Below the pieces are notes generated by a model. That model saw nothing but the letters and a program-made list of their open reading frames with translations, was not told the origin of the DNA and made no database searches. Positions 39,928 through 47,473 of a DNA stretch of 64,000 bases are shown in pieces (the stretch's first letter is position 1; each line of letters starts with the position of its first letter). The DNA is from Candidatus Omnitrophota bacterium (GTDB lineage Bacteria > Omnitrophota > Omnitrophia > Omnitrophales > Aquincolibacteriaceae): assembly GCA_022705945.1 (NCBI GenBank), contig JAKJDL010000001.1:163582-227581 (forward strand), given 5' to 3'. A program made the translations under genes and the position numbers.

Positions 39928-39998
39928 AGCGGGCAGCGGGAATCGAACCCGCATGACCAGCTTGGAAGGCTGGGACTTTACCATTAAGCTATGCCCGC
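39928..39998 (-). tRNA. tRNA-Gly (anticodon UCC)
   Basis: The minus strand reads GCGGGCATAGCTTAATGGTAAAGTCCCAGCCTTCCAAGCTGGTCATGCGGGTTCGATTCCCGCTGCCCGCT. It folds as a cloverleaf with the anticodon loop CUUCCAA and the T-loop TTCGATT. Confidence 0.85.
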
Positions 39999-40078
39999 TT
40001 GTAAAAAGGAGGGACATTTTAACCAAGGTCCGGGTTATCCGCAAGTAATTGGATTGAATTCCCGGAAAGGATGTCGAC

Positions 40079-40864
40079 TCAGGACTTATAGATCAACCGG
40101 GTCAAAAATGCCAAAAAAAACCGGGGGCTCAGCCTTTCGGCATAAATGATCACCTTATTCCAAAAACCAAAGATTCCGACCGGCCGCCGGCCTTTAAGAA
40201 AAATCTTGAGGGCGAAACGCGCGACCTTGGGAGCGGGCACGCTAAAAAACATTTTATCCTTTCCAATCCCGGCAGTCGGATGAAATCGGGTCATTGTATT
40301 CCCGGGGCAAAGACAAAAAACCCTCACTCCTTTTCCGAGGTTCTCCATCCAAAGGGCTTCCGTGAAATTGATAACAAAAGCCTTGGTAGCCGCGTAAACC
40401 GGCAGATAAGGAACCGCTTGAAAGCCTGCGATTGAGGCCACATTGAGAATTCCGCCCCGTTTTCTTGCCTGCATTCCCGGAAGGAAAAATCGCGTCAGGG
40501 CAACAAGGGCTTCCACGTTCAGCTTGAGCATGGTCTCTATGTCCCCGGGGGAATGTTCTTCAAAAGTTCCGTAATGGCCTACTCCCGCATTATTGACAAG
40601 AATGTCAATGAGAACATTTTCCCTTCGGACAAATCCGAAAATTTTTTCGCGGTCATCTTCCCTCGTCAAGTCCGCGGCAATAACCCGGGCTTGAACATTA
40701 TAGCGGGTCTTTAGATCTTCGGCCTTTTGCCGGAGTTTGGCGAGATCCCGGGAAACAAGAACGAGGTTGGCACCTCGGCCGGCAAATTCGTCCGCCATAG
40801 CCTCCCCGATTCCCGAGGAAGCCCCGGTCACAAGAACGTTAAGCCCCTTGAAAGAGCGGATCAT
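40079..40864 (-). CDS. Short-chain dehydrogenase/reductase (SDR) family oxidoreductase
   Basis: It has TGASSGIG (Rossmann), NNAG, and a catalytic YxxxK (YAATK). Confidence 0.8.
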   Translation of the reverse strand: MIRSFKGLNVLVTGASSGIGEAMADEFAGRGANLVLVSRDLAKLRQKAEDLKTRYNVQARVIAADLTREDDREKIFGFVRRENVLIDILVNNAGVGHYGTFEEHSPGDIETMLKLNVEALVALTRFFLPGMQARKRGGILNVASIAGFQAVPYLPVYAATKAFVINFTEALWMENLGKGVRVFCLCPGNTMTRFHPTAGIGKDKMFFSVPAPKVARFALKIFLKGRRPVGIFGFWNKVIIYAERLSPRFFLAFLTRLIYKS

Positions 40865-41460
40865 GCGGGGTGGCGTCCGGACAGGGCCCTGGACAGAGTG
40901 GCCTGATCCGTGTATTCAATATGGCTTCCGACCGGAATCCCGCGGGCGATTCGCGTTATTTTGATCTTGAAAGTTTCAAGAACGCGGGCCAGATAGAGGG
41001 CTGTGGTATCCCCTTCGGTGTTCGGATTGGTGGCAAGAATCACTTCGCGGACCTTTTTTCTTTTAATCCGTTCGAGAAGGTCCCCGATCATGATATGCTC
41101 GGGACCAATCCCGTCCAGAGGGGAAAGGGCTCCGAGAAGAACGTGATAAACACCGGTATATTCCCCCGTCTTTTCAATCGCGGAAACATCCTTGGGATCT
41201 TCGACCACGCAAATCATTCCCTGGTCACGGCCGGGATCCCCACAGATATGGCACGTTTTTTGATCGGAAAAATTATGACAAGTTGAGCAAAATGTCACGT
41301 TTTCACGAAGCTGCTGGATCAATGTCCCGAGATAAAGCGCGTCTTCTTTTTTTGTTTTGAGAAGATGGAAAACGATCCGTTCAGCCGAACGCTTCCCGAT
41401 CCCCGGAAGTCTGGAAAAAGCCTCGACCAGCCTCGTCATAAGTTCGGAGTAGGCTTTCAC
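40861..41460 (-). CDS. recR: Recombination protein RecR
   Basis: It has HhH (LPGIGKRSAERIVFHL), a C4 zinc finger (CSTCHNFSDQKTCHIC), and a Toprim domain. Confidence 0.9.
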   Translation of the reverse strand: MKAYSELMTRLVEAFSRLPGIGKRSAERIVFHLLKTKKEDALYLGTLIQQLRENVTFCSTCHNFSDQKTCHICGDPGRDQGMICVVEDPKDVSAIEKTGEYTGVYHVLLGALSPLDGIGPEHIMIGDLLERIKRKKVREVILATNPNTEGDTTALYLARVLETFKIKITRIARGIPVGSHIEYTDQATLSRALSGRHPA

Positions 41461-41466
41461 GGCAGT

Positions 41467-43140
41467 TTATTCCTTGCGAATAATGCGCGCGCCGTCAAAT
41501 ATTTCGAGCGCTTGAGCCAGGATATCCGGGGAATCCGCGCCCGCGGGCTTGGGAGCGGGCAGTTCCTGGCTTATTTCATCTTTTTGCGTGATCACGCATT
41601 GAATACGCGCCTTTTCCCCGAGAACCTCTTGAAAAACCTCTTCAACTAGTTTCCGGTTGCCGTCTTTTTCAACTGTTTCTTTATGGAATTTAAATTCCGG
41701 GGAAAAACCGAGAACAATCGTTCCGTTTTCAACCTCAATGGGGTCGGCCTCGGCAAGGTAAAGGCTTAAAGACATACGCTTCGTTTTTATGGTCTCTATC
41801 ACCCGGGACCAGACTGCCTCCACGTCATTGATCTCAAAATGGTCTTTGTTTTTTTCTTTTAAAGACCTAGACGGTGCGGTTGAACCGAAAGGTTTCTTGC
41901 CGGGACCCCTTTCCAATGTCGGGGGCTCCGAAGTCGCGGCCGGTTTTACCGTTTTTTTCCCGAAATCCGCAGGGGGAGCTGATACCGCAAAAGGCTTTCT
42001 CTCGAATGCGGCGCTTCCTTTAGAGACTAGCTCCTCCACGGATTCAATCGCGTCCATATACATCAGTTTCAGAAGCGCCACTTCCACTAACAGTTTCGGC
42101 GAGGCAACCGGCCGGCGGAGCTGAAACTGGAGATTCTGAAGGATCGACAGGGCAAGCAGCAGTTCCCCTTCGGAGAACTCCGCCGCCTTGCCGGCAAGCT
42201 TCCCGGATATCGATTCCTCCGCTTCCACGAGCTCGGGCGCTTTGGGAACCGCCTTGATCACAAGCAGGTTCCGGAAAACTTCGAACAGCCCTGCCGCAAA
42301 CCGGGCAAGCTCTCCGCCTTCTTCATAGATCTTTTTGACGAGGGAAAGGATCTCAGCGCCCTTCTTTGCCCGAAGCGCTTCGATCACCTTCATATGCGTT
42401 TCACCGGAAGCGAGCCCGAGAAGGGTGAGAACATCCTCTTCCCTGACCTTTCCCTCCGAAAAACTCGCAAGCTGGTCCAAAAGGCTTTCAGCGTCCCGCA
42501 ATCCCCCCTCACTTGCCTTCGCTATCAAGAACAAGGCTTTTTTTTCACATTTGAGTTTTTCCCTTTTCGCGATTTCTTCGAGTTTTTTTATGATCTCCGA
42601 AACCGGAATCCTCCTGAACTGGAAGCGCTGACACCGGGAAAGAATTGTCAGGGGAACCTTGTGGGATTCTGTGGTCGCAAAAATAAACTTCACGTGAGGG
42701 GGCGGCTCTTCCAGGGTTTTAAGAAGCGCGTTAAACGCCTCCGTCGTCAGCATATGGACTTCATCGATGATATAGATCTTGAAATTCCCCGAAGACGGCT
42801 TGAACTTGACGTTTTCACGGAGGTCACGGATCTCTTCGATGCGGCGGTTCGAGGCCCCGTCGATCTCTATCACATCCATCGAATTCCCCCGCTCGATTTC
42901 CCGGCACGCGGGACATCGACCGCACGGTTTGTCCGTCGGCCCTTCTTTGCAATTCAGCGCCTTGGCAAGAATACGGGCTGTTGAGGTTTTGCCGACACCG
43001 CGGGGGCCCGAGAAAAGGAAACTCTGGGGGATCCGTTTTTGTTTGATTGCGTTCTTGAGGGTGATCGTAACCGTTTCCTGGCTCACGATCTCATCAAAAG
43101 TCTGCGGCCTGAATTTACGAGCGAATATCAAATAGTCCAT
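41467..43140 (-). CDS. dnaX: DNA polymerase III subunits tau/gamma
   Basis: It has an AAA+ domain (GPRGVGKTS, DEVHML), a Zn module (CGRCPACREI), and a tau C-terminal extension. Confidence 0.9.
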   Translation of the reverse strand: MDYLIFARKFRPQTFDEIVSQETVTITLKNAIKQKRIPQSFLFSGPRGVGKTSTARILAKALNCKEGPTDKPCGRCPACREIERGNSMDVIEIDGASNRRIEEIRDLRENVKFKPSSGNFKIYIIDEVHMLTTEAFNALLKTLEEPPPHVKFIFATTESHKVPLTILSRCQRFQFRRIPVSEIIKKLEEIAKREKLKCEKKALFLIAKASEGGLRDAESLLDQLASFSEGKVREEDVLTLLGLASGETHMKVIEALRAKKGAEILSLVKKIYEEGGELARFAAGLFEVFRNLLVIKAVPKAPELVEAEESISGKLAGKAAEFSEGELLLALSILQNLQFQLRRPVASPKLLVEVALLKLMYMDAIESVEELVSKGSAAFERKPFAVSAPPADFGKKTVKPAATSEPPTLERGPGKKPFGSTAPSRSLKEKNKDHFEINDVEAVWSRVIETIKTKRMSLSLYLAEADPIEVENGTIVLGFSPEFKFHKETVEKDGNRKLVEEVFQEVLGEKARIQCVITQKDEISQELPAPKPAGADSPDILAQALEIFDGARIIRKE

Positions 43141-43323
43141 GAAAAATCTCGGGTTAAGCTGAACACAAAGGGAGCAGTATCATGCGGGAAATGTTTCTTC
43201 TTTTCAAGAGATACTTGCCGCCGCCTGCGAGGAAGGCTCCCACAACCCCTTGCCTACTTCCGAGCCTCTCGAAAACATTTGAATTAAAAATATTCCCGGG
43301 AAAACTTGCCCGGGGATAAATCT

Positions 43324-43968
43324 TTAGGCCTGATCCGCGAACCGGAATGTCGCCAGAACGTGATCAAAGATCGGCTGAAGAAAATTGAATTGCTCCTCGT
43401 CGCCGGCAAAGGTGATTTGTATGGAATAATCCTCCCTGATTAAAACGATATGTTTCTTTTTGATCACCGTATCGGGGGCCCCTGCCGTTCGGAGAGGAAG
43501 TTTTGTTTTGTAGCGATATTCGGCCTGCAAAGCTTCCTGCCCGGCTATTTGAATCTCTTGACGCGAAGCAAGGGCAAAACCCCGATACCGGTTTTCTTCC
43601 TTGATCCACGAATCCATCAGGACTTCGAGAGTCCCGGCTTCGCGTAAAGAACTTTTTGTAATGAAAAACCCCGGAACCGTTGCTGAGTTCTCAACTCCCG
43701 CGTTCAGAATCTCAACCATGTCATAATCTCCCTCATAATTCCTGAACATAACGCGCCAGGCCCGGGGATATTCGAATGAAAAATTGAAGGGCGGATTTTC
43801 CCCGGAAAAAACATTCATTTGAATTGCCGAGGGTAAAACAGGAGGTTTTCGGTCCTCTTTGTTTTTGAAAGAAAAATACATGATGAAAAAAACCGCGAGA
43901 ACAAGAATCACCCCTCCTGAAATCATCCCGGTTCGCCTTGTTTTCATCGAAAGTTCCCTTTCTCTCAA
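43324..43968 (-). CDS. Membrane-anchored PsbP/DcrB-like (DUF1795-like) hypothetical protein
   Basis: It has an N-terminal TM helix and the FSFEYPRAW motif typical of the PsbP-like/Mog1 fold family. Its start overlaps the upstream gene's stop (ATGA). Confidence 0.5.
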   Translation of the reverse strand: MRERELSMKTRRTGMISGGVILVLAVFFIMYFSFKNKEDRKPPVLPSAIQMNVFSGENPPFNFSFEYPRAWRVMFRNYEGDYDMVEILNAGVENSATVPGFFITKSSLREAGTLEVLMDSWIKEENRYRGFALASRQEIQIAGQEALQAEYRYKTKLPLRTAGAPDTVIKKKHIVLIREDYSIQITFAGDEEQFNFLQPIFDHVLATFRFADQA

Positions 43969-45527
43969 TAATCCGGAAGATTTTTATAACCGGTCATCAT
44001 GCTAAAAAATTGAGTCACGCCGGCCTCTGAAAAAAGGTGCGGATTCCCTTGAGTGTCAAGGAAATCGGCTTGCTGGTCATTCAACATGTCCCGCAACTGG
44101 ATAGCGTTGCTGTTCAGAGGTTCTGCTATCCTGCTTTTCAGTGCTGCCCACACCTGGGAACCTCCGACAAACGAGTTGTATTCCTGTTTTCGGGAATTTC
44201 TGGATCTTGGAGCCACAAAATCGGCCGGAGGCGTCCAGTTGTCCGGCGGTCTCCCGTAAAGTTTCGCCCCGTCATCCCAGTCTTTCCCCCACATCTGATG
44301 CAATCCTTCATGAACAAGAATGGCCGCTATCATTTCCTTGGGAGCGTTCGCGTACTTGTCGTTAATAACTATTGTCTTATTCAACGGATTATATCCGCCC
44401 AGACTTATCTCGGACCGCAAATTGGTAATCTGAACATCATGCATTTTGGCAAAAAGAATGGGAATATTATTCCCGGTAAGACTCCTCACTACATCCTCCC
44501 ATGTTCCGGGAGTTCGCGGCACCGCATTGGCGGCGGGAGGTTCTATAACGCTTGAAAAACTTTGGGTGTTTGAAAGTAATGTCTCGATGGCAGCTTCGGT
44601 CTTCGCTTCATAATCGGCATTAGGTGCCGGCCGGCCGCAAACCCTTCCGGATTCTTCCGATACAATCCATCGCCCGTCGACTTGTTTTAAACTTTGAGCC
44701 CGATAACAGACATCAGATCCATCGATCACGGGATTGTCCGCCCAGGTAGGGCTTTGCCAAACAGTATTTCCCGTAATAACAGTGCAGACCTCGACTTCTC
44801 CGGCCTGGATATCGACATTATTGCATCTTAAAATTTGATATCCGTCGGCATTGGTGTTGCCTTTGAAATTGAGGACAATCCATCCGTCGTTGGGCGTTAA
44901 TTGAAGTTCAGTCGGAGCGGCAAAAGTGGCGTCGGTAATGGGTTTTTCGGTTATCGTGTAATAAGCGGTCACGGTGCCGTAAGAGACCCTTCCCCCTCCT
45001 CCGCCCCCGACGGACCCGTCTGATCCCCTCCTGCCGCTCGAATAACCGCCGCTTGAGCCGCTTCCGGAACTGCTCGCACCGCCCGAACCTGCTGAACTCC
45101 CGCTCTTCTCTCCTTCCCCGGACGGATACCCTATAAAACCGTTTTTATCGATCCTGATCTCTTCAAGCCAGTTGTCCCAGGGCTCCACCGGTGTCGCAAC
45201 CGCAAGGAAATTTTCCTCAGTGGCGTCTGCAATATGATATTTGAAGAAATTTCCGTTGACCAAGAGACCGAGAGCCGAGCCGATCGATGCCTCATCGGCC
45301 GCCTCAACAAACCTCCCGAAAAAGTGATGGAGAAGAAGTTCCGCCGAGCGAATAGAGCCGAGATTTTGAACGGCCTCAGCCTCTTGGGCTTTCCGAACCT
45401 GGCCGATCATTTTGGGTATGACGAGTACCGCAACCGCGGCGATAATGACCATGGTTACAACAATCTCTATCAGAGTAAAACCCTTAGGCTTTTTCACTGA
45501 TCTCATCCCCCTTGAGAATCTTCTCAA
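43965..45527 (-). CDS. Type IV pilin-like (prepilin N-terminal methylation motif) protein with a Gly/Ser-rich linker and a large C-terminal domain carrying an HExxH motif
   Basis: It has KGFTLIEIVVTMVIIAAVAVLVIP (class III signal, GFTLIE), an SGSSAGSGGASSSGSGSSGGYSSGRRGSDGSVGGGGGG linker, and a C-terminal AAILVHEGLHQMWG. Confidence 0.6.
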   Translation of the reverse strand: MRRFSRGMRSVKKPKGFTLIEIVVTMVIIAAVAVLVIPKMIGQVRKAQEAEAVQNLGSIRSAELLLHHFFGRFVEAADEASIGSALGLLVNGNFFKYHIADATEENFLAVATPVEPWDNWLEEIRIDKNGFIGYPSGEGEKSGSSAGSGGASSSGSGSSGGYSSGRRGSDGSVGGGGGGRVSYGTVTAYYTITEKPITDATFAAPTELQLTPNDGWIVLNFKGNTNADGYQILRCNNVDIQAGEVEVCTVITGNTVWQSPTWADNPVIDGSDVCYRAQSLKQVDGRWIVSEESGRVCGRPAPNADYEAKTEAAIETLLSNTQSFSSVIEPPAANAVPRTPGTWEDVVRSLTGNNIPILFAKMHDVQITNLRSEISLGGYNPLNKTIVINDKYANAPKEMIAAILVHEGLHQMWGKDWDDGAKLYGRPPDNWTPPADFVAPRSRNSRKQEYNSFVGGSQVWAALKSRIAEPLNSNAIQLRDMLNDQQADFLDTQGNPHLFSEAGVTQFFSMMTGYKNLPDY

Positions 45528-46815
45528 GCGTCTCTTTGTTCTGTCGGGCCTCCCGAAGATCAGGGTCCAGTTCTAGCGCGCGATTCCACTCCCGCATCGC
45601 GTTATCAGCATCGTTCAAAATTATATAAACAAGTCCCGCGTTCGCGTGCCCTTTTGCGTATTTTTCATCAACAGAAAAAAGCCTCTTGCAGGTACTCAAT
45701 GCTTTTTGGGGATCATCTTTTTTAAGGTAAACCAGGGCCAGGTTATTAATGACAGAAAGGTTCTTCGGATCGTATTTCAGCGCCTGTTCGTATTGAACTA
45801 TCGCTTCATCATAATTCATGGCTTTTTCCGCCAGTTGAGCGCGCAAAAGCCCGGCAGACAGATCTTCAGGCGACATCAGAATCGCTTCGTCAAGATAACG
45901 CCCGGCGGCCTCATCATCGCCTCTCGCCAGGGCCGTCCTGGCCAGCCCTACTTGGGCTCCAATGTTTTGCGGATCCGAAGCAAGAACGGCCCTGTATCGG
46001 AATTCGGCATCTTCGTAGCGTTTTTCCTTTATCGAAATTTCAGCAAGGTTGAGAAGGGGCTTGTCGAACCTTGGATCCGCTTGAATGATTCTCCGAAGGA
46101 TTTCCGAAGCTTTCTGATGCTGATCAAGCCTTATCAGGACCGCCGCTTTATTGTTTAAAATAAAAATGTCGTGGATGGGTTCCAGCGATTCATAAATTTC
46201 CAGCGCCCTGCCGTATTGTCCGATAGCGGCGTGACAGTAGGCAATTTCCTGGGCGACGGTCTCGTCATCCCTACGGTTATTCCAGGCTTTCCGATAAACC
46301 TCGATTGCCTTGCCCCACTGTCCGGTGGTTTTATAAAAATGCGCCGCATTTAAAAGCGTTTCAAAATTATCGGGAGTATCGCCGAGAGCCTGGGTAAAAT
46401 TTGCTTCCGCTTTTTTTACTTCTCCCGCCGACGCATAGGAAGCGGCCAGGTTATGATAAACCAGTTTATTCCATTCCTCCGGCCCGCGGGCCTTTTCGAA
46501 GGAAAGAGAAGCTTCACGAAATCGGCCCTGCCTGTACAGCTCCAGCCCTTTTCTGAAAAAAACCTCTTTTCCCCGGACTTCCATGAGCCCTTCCCTCGAG
46601 CCGCGCCAGACGGTCTGAATATCATTTTTGGGAATCTTGACTTTGCCGCCAGGCGCTTCGACGGTCATAAATTCATCGTCTTCCTTTAAAATGTTCGTTT
46701 CGATGGCATTGCCGTTCTTGAGCTGAAGGATATCGGCGCTGAGGGAGAAGGGATTAGATAAAAAAGAAAGGAAAAGAAACGACAGGAACACAGACTGTGA
46801 TTTATTCAATCTCAA
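45484..46815 (-). CDS. Secreted TPR-repeat protein
   Basis: It has a signal peptide and more than 8 TPR-like repeats (…AIEVYRKAW…, …ALEIYESL…, …AIVQYEQALKYDP…). Confidence 0.7.
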   Translation of the reverse strand: MRLNKSQSVFLSFLFLSFLSNPFSLSADILQLKNGNAIETNILKEDDEFMTVEAPGGKVKIPKNDIQTVWRGSREGLMEVRGKEVFFRKGLELYRQGRFREASLSFEKARGPEEWNKLVYHNLAASYASAGEVKKAEANFTQALGDTPDNFETLLNAAHFYKTTGQWGKAIEVYRKAWNNRRDDETVAQEIAYCHAAIGQYGRALEIYESLEPIHDIFILNNKAAVLIRLDQHQKASEILRRIIQADPRFDKPLLNLAEISIKEKRYEDAEFRYRAVLASDPQNIGAQVGLARTALARGDDEAAGRYLDEAILMSPEDLSAGLLRAQLAEKAMNYDEAIVQYEQALKYDPKNLSVINNLALVYLKKDDPQKALSTCKRLFSVDEKYAKGHANAGLVYIILNDADNAMREWNRALELDPDLREARQNKETLEKILKGDEISEKA

Positions 46816-46856
46816 TACCCCGGATCTTCCGGGCCAAGGAACGCCCTTTAAAAATC

Positions 46857-46943
46857 CGGAGAGGGGGAGATTCGAACTCCCGATACGCTTGCGCGTATAA
46901 CAGTTTTCGAGACTGCCGCATTCGACCGCTCTGCCACCTCTCC
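46857..46943 (-). tRNA. tRNA-Ser (anticodon CGA), class II with a long variable arm
   Basis: The minus strand reads GGAGAGGTGGCAGAGCGGTCGAATGCGGCAGTCTCGAAAACTGTTATACGCGCAAGCGTATCGGGAGTTCGAATCTCCCCTCTCC. It closely resembles E. coli tRNA-Ser. The ends are ±2 nt. Confidence 0.8.
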
Positions 46944-47473
46944 AAAGTGCCGTGATCCTTCGATTTTAACTTTGCTCTTCGATTTTCCGACAAAAATCTG
47001 CGGGAACAAAAACCAGGCAGTTCTTATCAGGACCGTTGAACTTGTTTGTCTTGCGCGAGTTAAAGTCTATTGTTTTCTGGCAAACTGGTCAAGGCGGGAA
47101 CCGAAAAAATCAGCTTCCGGCTTTCTGGTGCCCATCTTCTGTTCCTTTGGGCTTCCCGGACAACACACTGCCTTTTCGGCCTCCAAAGAATGCCCACTGA
47201 CTTCCAGATCGGTATCACGGATCGCGGGACTCCGGATTACAGTATGCCTCATTGCGGTTATCGCGCGCTTTCGGGAGCGCTCCAGGCTCCTGCCGGATCG
47301 CGTCAAACATCCGCTCCGGAAAGCGGTATTCTTCCTTCCCTTTGAGCAAATCGCCGAACCGTCCTGTTTTCTTCGGCCGGCTCACCAGAAACGGTTCAAT
47401 TTCGGGAGATGTATTCCGTGATGATAAAAATGTTGTGGACTGATCCCGGAAGTTTTTAAAAATCGGCCGGGTT

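Noticed and set aside
39829-40044. 71-aa ORF on the minus strand
   Set aside because: It overlaps tRNA-Gly(UCC), which has a clean cloverleaf. The ORF is spurious.
42536-42544. In-frame A8 run (GAA AAA AAA G) in dnaX at codon ~208 as a frameshift site
   Set aside because: It would truncate the protein inside the AAA+ clamp-loader module. The downstream heptamer at codons 430/431 fits the gamma position far better, and this run is most simply two Lys codons.
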